From contig CALVNY010000017.1 of assembly GCA_944350085.1 (NCBI GenBank), forward strand, positions 44,659 through 108,658: 64,000 nucleotides of DNA, given 5' to 3'. The translations under genes were made by a program, and so were the position numbers. The stretch is from an uncultured Clostridia bacterium. Lineage in GTDB: Bacteria; Bacillota; Clostridia; Christensenellales; UBA1242. Positions within the stretch are counted from its first letter, which is position 1. Each line of letters begins with the position of its first letter. Below, piece after piece: positions 8,517 through 17,687 of the stretch. The notes beneath the pieces were generated by a model. The model saw nothing but the letters and a program-made list of their open reading frames with translations, did no database searches and was not told the DNA's origin.

Positions 8517-9323
8517 ATGGTATATTCAGATAATGAAAAAGAAAAATTAAAAAACTTCTTTGCATCTGTAAATGAAATGATTGGTGGCAGATTTATTTTG
8601 TCTGATGTAAAAGTTGCAAAAGTTTTAAAAAATATTGCAAGTTCAGAAGTTTTGTATAATTTATTTGCAGAGTGTTTGGTTAATTTTAACTATGATGCAG
8701 AATTAGCACAAGCAAAAGTTACAAATAGAGTTAATGGTGGATATTTTGTTTTACCAAACGATGAAAGGAAAATTGTTGCATTAGTATTTTGTATGTTGCT
8801 TGAAATTGACAATCAAAAGTTGAATTTACAATCTTTTGTTACTGAAAACTTTTTTAGTGCAGATGGTTATAATATAAGTTATAGTAATTTTGCTTTAAAT
8901 ATTTTAGTTCCATTTAAAAACAGTGTTTTAAACTTGCTTGGCGTTAATGAAGAGGGTGAAAGCACTACAAAAGATTATGATGAAATGCAAAAAAATCAAA
9001 CAACCATTGATGATTTTATTGATGAAGAGCAAGAGAAAGAAGATGAAACTAATCACAAAACCAAAATTTTGTTTTCAAATATGCGTGTTGTTTTATATGA
9101 TATGATTACAACATTAAACGAATATAGGTTTAAAGATGTTGAAAAGGACGAATTAACAATTTTGTTCCGTGGAATGATTGAAGCAGTTGAAATGGAAAAT
9201 TTCAAGATTATAAATGCTTTTTTAGTTGCTTTTGAAAGAATTATTGGTAAAAACAAATATTTTAGAAATGACTTTGAACAGCTAAAAAAATTACTTGCAG
9301 ATTTTTATTATAGCGAAAATTAA
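8517..9323 (+). CDS. hypothetical protein (two helical halves joined by an acidic linker)
   Basis: The ATG at 8517 follows AAGGGG. The 268-aa ORF has a central acidic stretch DDFIDEEQEKEDE. I recognise no family. It has its own promoter and terminator. Confidence 0.6.
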   Translation: MVYSDNEKEKLKNFFASVNEMIGGRFILSDVKVAKVLKNIASSEVLYNLFAECLVNFNYDAELAQAKVTNRVNGGYFVLPNDERKIVALVFCMLLEIDNQKLNLQSFVTENFFSADGYNISYSNFALNILVPFKNSVLNLLGVNEEGESTTKDYDEMQKNQTTIDDFIDEEQEKEDETNHKTKILFSNMRVVLYDMITTLNEYRFKDVEKDELTILFRGMIEAVEMENFKIINAFLVAFERIIGKNKYFRNDFEQLKKLLADFYYSEN

Positions 9324-9350
9324 AATAAGCCGTTTTGGCTTATTTTTTAT
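9324..9350. terminator. bidirectional terminator (hypothetical gene / ylbJ convergent)
   Basis: AATAAGCC / GGCTTATT hairpin followed by TTTTTATTTT. Confidence 0.6.
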
Positions 9351-9365
9351 TTTGTATTTATAACA

Positions 9366-10364
9366 TTAAAATAAATTTATTATTAAACATAACAAATAGG
9401 CAACAACACTTGAAATCAAAGCATGAGTAAATTTTTGAAACAAATAAAAACTCATTTTTATGTTAAATTTTTTAATAAATGTTATTGCTTGCATATAAAT
9501 TGAAAATCCACCAAAGCTTATAAGAAAAGTTGCAATAACTGTTTTGTAAGTAAAACTTAAATTTTCAACCAAAGACAAATCTAAGCAACCACGAGTAACT
9601 TCAACTAATCCGTTTAGAATTGGTGTTATTGTGCTAGTTGGTATGTTAATTAAATTAAATATGTTGCTTAAAATATATTTTATGGGGTAGAAGACATTAA
9701 AGTCGTTTAATATTGTTATTATAACAAAAAATATTGCCACATATCCACCAACAATTAAAATGCTTTTTATGCTTGTTAACATAATTTCTTCAAGCATATT
9801 TTTTGTAGATTTGTGTGAATAATTGATTGTTGAACTAATAGTTACTTTTTCAAACATATAATTTCTATAAAACAACCCATTAATTAATGCTCCAATAAAA
9901 TGTGATATAAGAATTAAAATTCCTATTAACTTTTCTTCAAACATACCAATTCCAACTGTTCCTATAATAAATAAAGGCCCAGATGTTGATGTAAATGTGG
10001 TTATTCTAATTGCTTGTCCTTGTGTAATTAAGCCTTTTTCATAAAAATCTGCTGTAAGTTTTGCTCCAACTGGATAACCCGACAAAACACTCATTGTGTA
10101 AATATATGCTGAAATTCCGGGGGTGTTGTACAATTTTTTTGTTATGGGAGATAAAAATCTACTAACATTTTCAACAAAATTTAATTCGCATAGCAGTTTT
10201 GTGAAAATTAAAAAAGGGAAAAGAGCAGGAGCAACAGCAGTTCCCCAAACAATAATACCATTTAAACACGCTTCCAAATTAGAAGTTGGATTTATTATAA
10301 AAAGTGCAATTAAAATTACAATAATTAATGAAAAAAATAAATTTTGTTTTTTTGATAAATTCAA
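9366..10364 (-). CDS. ylbJ: sporulation integral membrane protein YlbJ (nucleoside-recognition-domain type)
   Basis: 332-aa polytopic ORF. The N-terminal ...ACLNGIIVWGTAVAPALFPFLIFTKLL is typical of YlbJ. It sits next to a ylbK-like patatin gene, as in B. subtilis. Confidence 0.75.
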   Translation of the reverse strand: MNLSKKQNLFFSLIIVILIALFIINPTSNLEACLNGIIVWGTAVAPALFPFLIFTKLLCELNFVENVSRFLSPITKKLYNTPGISAYIYTMSVLSGYPVGAKLTADFYEKGLITQGQAIRITTFTSTSGPLFIIGTVGIGMFEEKLIGILILISHFIGALINGLFYRNYMFEKVTISSTINYSHKSTKNMLEEIMLTSIKSILIVGGYVAIFFVIITILNDFNVFYPIKYILSNIFNLINIPTSTITPILNGLVEVTRGCLDLSLVENLSFTYKTVIATFLISFGGFSIYMQAITFIKKFNIKMSFYLFQKFTHALISSVVAYLLCLIINLF

Positions 10365-10430
10365 ATTATTTTACCTTAAACTTTGTTAATATTATATTAA
10401 TGTGTTAATATATATTATGTAAGGAAAGTT

Positions 10431-11255
10431 TTGATTATGAAAAATAAAAAAAATATAAAGATTGGACTAGCATTAGGTGGTGGTGGGGCATTAGGATTTG
10501 CTCATATTGGTGTTTTAGAAGTTTTAGAAGAAAATGGAATTGAAGTGGACCTAATTGCTGGAATTAGTATGGGGTCAATTATAGGTTCAGCCTATGCGTC
10601 TGGCAAAACAACTAAAGAAATGAAAGAAATTGCTTATAAATTTAAAACTATTCATTTGTTTGATATAAATTTTAAAACCGGTAGTTTGCTTTCAGGATAT
10701 TCAGCAGAAAAATGGATTAGAAATGTTTTAAACATTAAAGATTTTAACGAAACAAAAATACCTTTTGCTTGCACTGCTTGTGATTTATATTCGGGTAAAG
10801 AAATTGTTTTTAAAAGTGGTGATATTGTAAAAGCAGTTAGAGCAAGTATTTCTGCACCTGCAATATTTAGACCAGTTGAAATTGATAATATGTGTTTGGT
10901 AGATGGTGGACTTTTGGGTAATGTGCCAGCACAAGTTGTAAAAGATATGGGTGCTGATATTGTTATAGCAGTTGATGTTTTGGGTGAGTATAATGTAAGC
11001 AAAAAGCCAAATTCTATTACTACAACAATTTTTGATTGTATATTCTTGCAACAAAATTTTATAACAAAAACAAAAGTTACTAAAAAGAATACTGATTTTT
11101 ATATAAACTTAAACTTGGGTTTAGACAAACAACATGTTTTTTCAAAAAAATATGCAGCAAAATATATAGAAAGAGGAAGGGAAGAAACCTTAAAAATAAT
11201 TCCATTATTAAAAGATAAAATTGAAAAAATTAAACAAAAAAAGAAATTAAAATAA
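10431..11255 (+). CDS. patatin-like phospholipase (YlbK-like)
   Basis: Oxyanion GGGGALG, nucleophile elbow GISMGS and catalytic Asp motif VDGGL. The start is TTG at 10431 or ATG at 10437. Confidence 0.85.
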   Translation: MIMKNKKNIKIGLALGGGGALGFAHIGVLEVLEENGIEVDLIAGISMGSIIGSAYASGKTTKEMKEIAYKFKTIHLFDINFKTGSLLSGYSAEKWIRNVLNIKDFNETKIPFACTACDLYSGKEIVFKSGDIVKAVRASISAPAIFRPVEIDNMCLVDGGLLGNVPAQVVKDMGADIVIAVDVLGEYNVSKKPNSITTTIFDCIFLQQNFITKTKVTKKNTDFYINLNLGLDKQHVFSKKYAAKYIERGREETLKIIPLLKDKIEKIKQKKKLK

Positions 11256-11352
11256 GTAAAATATATAAATTTAATGCTATGCAAAAATTAATAAAATGGC
11301 TTATTTTAAATGTTATTTAGTACTATGCAAAATCAATAATTAAAATTTAATA

Positions 11353-11381
11353 TTGTTTTTTCTTTTTCAATCTTGTATAAT
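11353..11381 (+). promoter_or_regulatory. sigma-A-type promoter TTGTTT-17-TATAAT
   Basis: Hexamers at 11353-11358 and 11376-11381, upstream of the 117-aa ORF. Confidence 0.4.
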
Positions 11382-11400
11382 AAAAACAAGAGGAAATAAA

Positions 11401-11754
11401 ATGTTTATAAAAAGAAATGATTTAGTTGCTATCTATATTCATGTTTCTTGGAAAACGTCTTTTAGTTTTGAAGAATATTATGATTACGAAAGATTTATGC
11501 AATTTGAATATTTAAAAAAAGGTGACCCAATGCGTATTTTGTTGTCCGATGGCATTCCAGCCGTATATAACAAAGAAATTCATTATATCTATGATAATGA
11601 ACAGCAAATGATAAAATGTCCCGATGGCATTGGAGTTAAAGAAAGTTATGAGCATCTTCAAGAATGTATGTCACAAAATATGATTGATGACCTTTCCGAA
11701 TGCACGCATCAATATTTTGACTATAAATATCCTAATGATGATTTGCAACTTTAA
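11401..11754 (+). CDS. hypothetical protein (117 aa)
   Basis: The ATG at 11401 follows AAGAGG, with a TTGTTT-17-TATAAT promoter upstream. I recognise no family. Confidence 0.5.
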   Translation: MFIKRNDLVAIYIHVSWKTSFSFEEYYDYERFMQFEYLKKGDPMRILLSDGIPAVYNKEIHYIYDNEQQMIKCPDGIGVKESYEHLQECMSQNMIDDLSECTHQYFDYKYPNDDLQL

Positions 11755-11855
11755 TATTTAAAAACAAACACACAAATGCACAAAAATATCAATTAAATAT
11801 TTGAATTTAAAATTTTTAAATTTTTTAAAAAAAATTAGTTTGTCAATTTTAAATT

Positions 11856-11893
11856 AAAAAAGAACTTTACTATTTTTTTAAAGTTCTTTTTTT
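11856..11893. terminator. bidirectional terminator (117-aa ORF / tmcAL convergent)
   Basis: AAAAAAGAACTTT (11856-11868) / AAAGTTCTTTTTT (11880-11892). Confidence 0.6.
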
Positions 11894-11920
11894 ATAATAT
11901 TTTGCTAGTTTAAAAATGTT

Positions 11921-11941
11921 TAACTTTTAACTTTTAACTTT
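11921..11941. repeat. 3 x 7-nt tandem repeat TAACTTT
   Basis: Read directly as TAACTTT TAACTTT TAACTTT, just downstream of the tmcAL stop. Confidence 0.6.
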
Positions 11942-11948
11942 TTTGTTT

Positions 11949-13199
11949 TTAAATTTTAGTTGATGTTGTGTAAATATCAGGTGTGTATTCTGGCACTTCT
12001 TTTTGATTAGACAAAAGCATATTATAAACTTGGTTTGCTCTATCTTCCAATAAAGATAAGTCCAATGACAAACCACTTTTCTTTTTAGGAACATTGCTTA
12101 TTCTAATTACAAGGTTTGTGTTTGCATTAACATTTTTTAAAAGTTCTTTGTTTCCGCCTCTAAATGCTAAAACTTTAATGTATGGCAATTTATCAATTTC
12201 ATAAATTGCATTAACAGTTTCTGCTTTAATGTTTAATAGCATACTAAGCATAATTCTTTTAAGCCTAGCATAAGTGTATCTTTTAGTTTTAACATTAATT
12301 AAAAATTCGTTTAAGTCTTTTGTTTGTTTGCTATATTCTGCAATTCTATTTTCTAAACCTTCCACAACATCAAAGTATTCCTTTATTTCAGTAGGGGACT
12401 TGGTTTTAGCAACATACATACATAAGTCATTAAATATGTCTGCATTAGGCAAGCCAAAGGTTTTAATTTCTTCTTTTAAAATGCGATAAGCACTTTCAGG
12501 CATAAATTTTTTTACTGACCTTATGCCTTTTTTATAAAGCCTTGCTCTTATTGCCATGGCACTTGTGTTTTTGCCATTTATTTTAGTGCTATTGTAAGTA
12601 CTTTCACTTCTATCAATAAAAATAGGCACAATTTTGCTATTGGTTTTTATTAATGCTTTTAAATATTCAATAGCCAAAATGTTGTTAGGCTTTCCTAAAA
12701 TGTTAACAGCTTCGGTTATTTCACTTAAATTGATCTTATCAACCATTGCCATATCTTCTAATGCCTTTTGACGAGAAACAACAAGTGAATTTCCTTCGGC
12801 TAAATGTTTTTTAATTGCACTTTTAAATTCTTTTGGCTCGTTTAAAAAGAAATGTGCTAACTCGGTTAATATTTCTGGTTTTTTTGTTTCAACACCAAAA
12901 GCAAGATGTGTTATTTTGTCAAACGAATTAGCAATTTTAACACCAGCAAGAGCAAAAATTTCGGCACTTGAACAAGCATAAGCAGTTGGAATTTGAACCA
13001 CAATATCTGCACCATTTTCAATAGCAATTCTGGCTCTAACGTGTTTGTTAACAACCATTGCTTCTCCACGCTGAGAGAAATTTCCACCCATAATACACAT
13101 TATGGCATCAGCACCAGATTTTTCTTTTGCATCTTCCAAGCATTTTAAATGACCATAATGGAAAGGATTAAACTCACATATAACTGCACATATTTTCAT
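11949..13199 (-). CDS. tmcAL: tRNA(Met) cytidine acetate ligase (YlbM/TmcAL, nucleotidyltransferase fold)
   Basis: 416 aa. The N-terminal ICEFNPFHYGHL (HxGH nucleotidyltransferase motif) and overall YlbM-like sequence support the call. Confidence 0.8.
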   Translation of the reverse strand: MKICAVICEFNPFHYGHLKCLEDAKEKSGADAIMCIMGGNFSQRGEAMVVNKHVRARIAIENGADIVVQIPTAYACSSAEIFALAGVKIANSFDKITHLAFGVETKKPEILTELAHFFLNEPKEFKSAIKKHLAEGNSLVVSRQKALEDMAMVDKINLSEITEAVNILGKPNNILAIEYLKALIKTNSKIVPIFIDRSESTYNSTKINGKNTSAMAIRARLYKKGIRSVKKFMPESAYRILKEEIKTFGLPNADIFNDLCMYVAKTKSPTEIKEYFDVVEGLENRIAEYSKQTKDLNEFLINVKTKRYTYARLKRIMLSMLLNIKAETVNAIYEIDKLPYIKVLAFRGGNKELLKNVNANTNLVIRISNVPKKKSGLSLDLSLLEDRANQVYNMLLSNQKEVPEYTPDIYTTSTKI

Positions 13200-13317
13200 A
13201 AAATTTTGTTCCTATTAGTTTACTTTTAAATTATAATAATGTATATTAATAAAGTCATATTATTATATCTTATATGTCAATTTGTGTAAATTAAATTTTA
13301 ATAATTAAGGGAATTTT

Positions 13318-14322
13318 ATGGAATTACATAATTTAAGTGAACTTGAAGTTAAATGGATAAAAAAAGCAAAATCACTAAACAAAAGCATTGTTTTGCCAGA
13401 AGCCGAACTAGATGGCAGGGTTTTAAATGCTGGACTATATGTTGCAGAAAACGATATAGCAAATGTCGTTTTTTTAGTTAAATCTAACAGTTTAGATAAG
13501 TATTCTAATTTAAAAAATGTTAAAGTTGTCAATTATTTAACTAGCGATTTAAAACCAGTTTTAAGCAGTGCTTTATATGTTAAAAGAAAAGACAAAGGCT
13601 TAACAAAGGAAGAAGCAGAAAAATTAATTGAAAACCCAAATTATTTTGCTACTATGATGTTGGACTTAGGCTTAGTTGATGGTTATGTTTGTGGAGCAAT
13701 AACAAGCACAAAAGACAGTTTAAAACCACCACTACAAATAATAAAAGGAAAATCTAAAGAATCATTAATTAGCAGTTTCTTTGTTATGATTAATCAAAAT
13801 AAGCCTTTTGGTGAAAATGGTGCATTACTTCTTGCAGATTGTGGTTTAAATGAAAATCCTGATGCAGTAAGTTTAAGCAAAATAGCCATTGACAGTGCAA
13901 ACACTGCAAAAAACTTGTGCTTTTTTAAAGATGTAAAAGTTGCATGCCTAAGTTATTCAACAATGGGTAGTGCAAGCAGTGAATTAACAAAAAAAGTTGT
14001 TGATGCTGTAAGCCTTGCAAATCAAAACGCACCTGAAATTTTAATTGAAGGGGAAATGCAGTTGGATGCGGCAATAGTAAAGGAAGTGGCTATGCTAAAA
14101 GCTCCAAATAGCAAAATCAAAGGGGAAGCAAATGTTTTGATTTTCCCAGATTTAAATTCTGGAAATATTGCATACAAAACAATGCAAAGGTTTGGAGATT
14201 ATAAGGCTATTGGTCCTATTTGCCAAGGGTTTAGAAAGCCAGTAAATGATGTAAGCCGTGGTGCAAGCGTTGAAGAAATAATTTTTGCAATAGTTATTAC
14301 ATCTATTCAAAGTTGCAATTAA
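13318..14322 (+). CDS. pta: phosphate acetyltransferase
   Basis: 334-aa short-form Pta sequence (..LLADCGLNENP..YSTMGS..) directly upstream of ackA. Confidence 0.92.
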   Translation: MELHNLSELEVKWIKKAKSLNKSIVLPEAELDGRVLNAGLYVAENDIANVVFLVKSNSLDKYSNLKNVKVVNYLTSDLKPVLSSALYVKRKDKGLTKEEAEKLIENPNYFATMMLDLGLVDGYVCGAITSTKDSLKPPLQIIKGKSKESLISSFFVMINQNKPFGENGALLLADCGLNENPDAVSLSKIAIDSANTAKNLCFFKDVKVACLSYSTMGSASSELTKKVVDAVSLANQNAPEILIEGEMQLDAAIVKEVAMLKAPNSKIKGEANVLIFPDLNSGNIAYKTMQRFGDYKAIGPICQGFRKPVNDVSRGASVEEIIFAIVITSIQSCN

Positions 14323-14348
14323 AAAAATAAAATTTTAAGGAGATAAAT

Positions 14349-15548
14349 ATGAAAATTTTAGTTATTAATGCAGGTAGCAGTACTTTAAAATTTCAACTAC
14401 TAAATAGTGAAACAAAGGAAGTTGTTGCAAAAGGTAATGTTGAAAGAATTAACGAAGGAAAATCTTTTTTAAGATACAAAGCAAATGGTGTTGAAAATAT
14501 TTATGAAAAACCTATTAGCAACCATAAAGAAGCAATGGAAATTGTGCTTGAAAAATTAACCGACAAAGAAGTTGGTGTAATTAACAGCATTAACGAAATT
14601 GATGCATTTGGTCACAGGGTAGTAAATGTTGGTGAAGATTATTTTGATAGTTGTTTGGTAACTCGTGAAACTGTTGAAGATTTCAAAACAAAAGTTGATT
14701 TTTCACCACTTCATGTTCCAGGAGCAATTTCTGGCATTGAAGCATGTTTGGAAGTTTGTCCAAACACACCAAACGTTGCTGTTTTTGATATTGGATTCCA
14801 CAAAACTTTGCCAGAATATGTTTATAGATATGCAATTCCAAAAAGGTATTACACTGATTTAAAAATTAGAAGATATGGTGCTCATGGAACAAGTCATAAA
14901 TATGTTTCACAAAGATGTGCAGATTTAATGGGCAAAAATATTGAAGATTTAAAGATTGTTACTTGTCATTTAGGTTCTGGTGCAAGTATTACAGCTGTAA
15001 AAGGTGGCAAAAGTTTTGACACATCAATGGGATTTACACCACTTGAAGGTATTATGATGAATACTCGTAGTGGAGATATTGACCCAGCAGTTATTGAATT
15101 TATTTGCAACAAAGAAGGAAAAACTGTTAGCGAAGTAATTAGAATGCTAAACAAAGAAAGTGGCTTAATTGGTGCAAATGGTAAATGCTCTGATATGCGT
15201 GAAGTTCTAGAAAATATTAATGACAAAGATGTTAAAACTTCACTTGATATGTACAATCATAGAATTAAAAAATATATAGGTGCTTATGCTGCTGTAATGG
15301 GTGGACTTGATGCAATAGTATTTACAGCAGGTGTTGGTGAACACACACCTGAAGTTAGGGAAGCAGTAACCGAAGGTTTGGAATTTATTGGTGTTAAAGT
15401 TGACCACGACAAAAACTTTAATGCAAAGCGTGGTGCTGAAGTTGAAATTAGCACAGACGATTCAAAAGTTAAAGTATTTATAATTCCAACTGATGAAGAA
15501 CTTATGATTGCTTTAGACACTGAAAAAATTGTTTCACAATTAAAATAA
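14349..15548 (+). CDS. ackA: acetate kinase
   Basis: 399 aa. MKILVINAGSSTLKFQL N-terminus and conserved HRVVNVG, GAHGTSH and TCHLGSGAS motifs. Confidence 0.97.
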   Translation: MKILVINAGSSTLKFQLLNSETKEVVAKGNVERINEGKSFLRYKANGVENIYEKPISNHKEAMEIVLEKLTDKEVGVINSINEIDAFGHRVVNVGEDYFDSCLVTRETVEDFKTKVDFSPLHVPGAISGIEACLEVCPNTPNVAVFDIGFHKTLPEYVYRYAIPKRYYTDLKIRRYGAHGTSHKYVSQRCADLMGKNIEDLKIVTCHLGSGASITAVKGGKSFDTSMGFTPLEGIMMNTRSGDIDPAVIEFICNKEGKTVSEVIRMLNKESGLIGANGKCSDMREVLENINDKDVKTSLDMYNHRIKKYIGAYAAVMGGLDAIVFTAGVGEHTPEVREAVTEGLEFIGVKVDHDKNFNAKRGAEVEISTDDSKVKVFIIPTDEELMIALDTEKIVSQLK

Positions 15549-15576
15549 AAAAAATTTATAAGTTTAAAATAAGTAA

Positions 15577-15605
15577 TTGACAAAATATATTTATTCATAT
15601 ATACT
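15577..15605 (+). promoter_or_regulatory. sigma-A-type promoter TTGACA-17-TATACT (rpmF)
   Basis: Consensus -35 at 15577-15582 and -10 at 15600-15605. Confidence 0.55.
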
Positions 15606-15649
15606 AAACAAGCGAAAGATAATAAAAATTAGTTAGGGGGTGTATATTA

Positions 15650-15844
15650 ATGGCAGTACCAAAGGGTAAGGTTTCAAAGGCAAGAAGAAATTCCAGAAAA
15701 GCAAATTGGAAACTTTCATCACCTTCTATTGTTGAATGTCCACATTGCCACGAATTAATGGTTCCTCATAGAGTATGCAAAAATTGTGGTTACTATGATG
15801 GCGAACAAAAAGTAGCAGTTGAAAAAGAAAGTAAAGCCAACTAA
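15650..15844 (+). CDS. rpmF: 50S ribosomal protein L32 (zinc-ribbon form)
   Basis: MAVPKGKVSKARRNSRKA N-terminus plus CPHC...CKNC. RBS AGGGGG. Confidence 0.95.
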   Translation: MAVPKGKVSKARRNSRKANWKLSSPSIVECPHCHELMVPHRVCKNCGYYDGEQKVAVEKESKAN

Positions 15845-15850
15845 AAAATT

Positions 15851-15887
15851 AAAAACCCAAGCAAGCCTTGGGTTTTATTTTTTTTAG
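15851..15887 (+). terminator. rho-independent terminator after rpmF
   Basis: CCCAAG (15856-15861) / CTTGGG (15867-15872), followed by TTTTATTTTTTTT. Confidence 0.7.
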
Positions 15888-15899
15888 TGTTAAATGTTT

Positions 15900-15928
15900 T
15901 TGCTAAATAATTATTAAATTGTTATAAT
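15900..15928 (+). promoter_or_regulatory. sigma-A-type promoter TTGCTA-17-TATAAT with extended -10 TGT (plsX)
   Basis: -35 at 15900-15905, TG at 15920-15921, and -10 at 15923-15928, located after the rpmF terminator. Confidence 0.5.
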
Positions 15929-15950
15929 AAAATATTAAAAGGAGAAAACA

Positions 15951-16979
15951 ATGGTTAAAGTAGTATTAGATGCGTTTGGTGGCGACAATTCACCTTTGGC
16001 ACCAATTGAAGGTGCATTGGAAGCAATAAAATTGCAAGAAGATTTGCATGTGGTTTTGGTTGGTGACGAAACAAAAATAAATAAAATTTTAAAAGATAAA
16101 AAGTACAACACTAGCCAAATATCAATTATTGATGCAAAAGATGTTATAACAAATGATGAATCACCAACAGTGGCTATAAGGCAAAAACCAGATAGTTCTA
16201 TTGTAAAGGCATTTAATTATTTAAAAGAAAATGATGATGCAGTTGCATTAGTTAGTGCTGGTTCAACAGGTGCAGTTCTTAGTGGTGCATTTATGAAACT
16301 GGGTAGAATTAAAGGCGTTTCTCGTCCAGCGCTTTGTCCTATTTTGCCAACAGCAAAAGGGGGAATAGTTGCAATTTGTGACACCGGTGCAAATGTTGAA
16401 TGTGATTCCAAAAATTTAGTACATTTTGCAATTATGGCAAATGCGTATATTAAAAATAATTATGGCATAATGTCGCCAAGGGTTGCACTTTTAAATGTTG
16501 GAACGGAAGATCATAAAGGAGATGCCTTAAGAAAAGAAACTTTTGAAATGTTAAAATCATTGCCAAATATCAACTTTGTTGGAAATATGGAAGCAAGAGA
16601 GTTGCTTAGTGGAGATGTGGACATTGTTGTGTGCGATGGGTTTAGTGGAAATGTTTTGTTAAAAAGCACAGAAGGTGCAATTTTAAACCTACTTGGAATG
16701 CTTAAATCTGACATAAAAAGTAGATTTTCAAGCAAAATTGGTTATTTGTTTATGAAAAAAACATTTAAAGCTTTAAAGAAAACTTTAGATTACAACAACT
16801 ATGGTGGTGCAGTATTTTTAGGTTGCAAAAAATTAATTGTTAAAGGGCATGGAAGCAGTAAAACAAAAAGTTTTACAGAGTGCATTCTTCAAGCATTTAA
16901 TATGAATAAAGCCGAAGTTGTTCCAAATTTAGAAAGAGAAATTATAGAATTTAATTCAAATTTAAACAATGAAGAGTAA
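15951..16979 (+). CDS. plsX: phosphate acyltransferase PlsX
   Basis: 342 aa with typical PlsX sequence (VVLDAFGGDNSP..., GFSGNVLLKS). Confidence 0.95.
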   Translation: MVKVVLDAFGGDNSPLAPIEGALEAIKLQEDLHVVLVGDETKINKILKDKKYNTSQISIIDAKDVITNDESPTVAIRQKPDSSIVKAFNYLKENDDAVALVSAGSTGAVLSGAFMKLGRIKGVSRPALCPILPTAKGGIVAICDTGANVECDSKNLVHFAIMANAYIKNNYGIMSPRVALLNVGTEDHKGDALRKETFEMLKSLPNINFVGNMEARELLSGDVDIVVCDGFSGNVLLKSTEGAILNLLGMLKSDIKSRFSSKIGYLFMKKTFKALKKTLDYNNYGGAVFLGCKKLIVKGHGSSKTKSFTECILQAFNMNKAEVVPNLEREIIEFNSNLNNEE

Positions 16980-17637
16980 TATGAATATAGAAAATTTAGA
17001 AGATAAAATCAACTACAAATTTAATGACAAAAATATACTTATCAAAGCAATAACTCACAGTAGTTTTGATAAAAACAATTATGAAAATTTAGAGTTTTTG
17101 GGGGATAGTATATTAGGATTTGTTGTTGCAGAATATCTGTTTAAAAATTTTGACTTTAATGAGGGGAGTTTGTCAAAAACTCGTGCAAAAATTGTTTCTG
17201 CGTCAAACCTATGCAAAGTGGCAAATAATCTTGGAATAAAGGATTTTTTAAGGCTTGGAAATAGTTTTAAAAATATGGCCATTTCAAATAACATTTTAGC
17301 AGATTGTGTGGAATCAATAATTGCTGGAATTTATCTTGATAGCAACATTTTAAATGCTCAAAAATTTATTTTAAACCATATAATTGTAAGTTATGAAAAT
17401 ATAACCAACATTGTTAACTCAACAATTGATTATAAAACACAACTTCAAGAAAAATTTCAAAAAGATGGTGTATGTAAAATTGAATATATTACAATAAGTC
17501 AAGAGGGCAAAAGCAACAATTCAATTTTTACAGTTGAACTTAAAATAAATGACAAAGTATTAACAACACAAAATGGAAAGTCAAAGCATGAAGCCGAGCA
17601 AAAATGTGCTATGGTTGTTTTGAGTAATAAAAATTAA
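16969..17637 (+). CDS. rnc: ribonuclease III
   Basis: RNase III signature NLEFLGDSILG and a C-terminal dsRBD. The start is ATG at 16969 (overlapping plsX) or 16981. Confidence 0.92.
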   Translation: MKSNMNIENLEDKINYKFNDKNILIKAITHSSFDKNNYENLEFLGDSILGFVVAEYLFKNFDFNEGSLSKTRAKIVSASNLCKVANNLGIKDFLRLGNSFKNMAISNNILADCVESIIAGIYLDSNILNAQKFILNHIIVSYENITNIVNSTIDYKTQLQEKFQKDGVCKIEYITISQEGKSNNSIFTVELKINDKVLTTQNGKSKHEAEQKCAMVVLSNKN

Positions 17638-17653
17638 AATTTTTAATTTATGT

Positions 17654-17687
17654 AAAATCCTGTGATTTTCACAGGATTTTTTTATTT
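17654..17687 (+). terminator. rho-independent terminator after rnc
   Basis: ATCCTGTG (17657-17664) / CACAGGAT (17670-17677), followed by T7. Confidence 0.75.

Noticed and set aside
11921-11941. The 3 x TAACTTT microsatellite as a possible phase-variation or regulatory element.
   Set aside because: There are only three copies, in non-coding DNA downstream of a stop codon, in an AT-rich genome. It is most simply a chance low-complexity repeat. It is listed as a feature but not as a finding.
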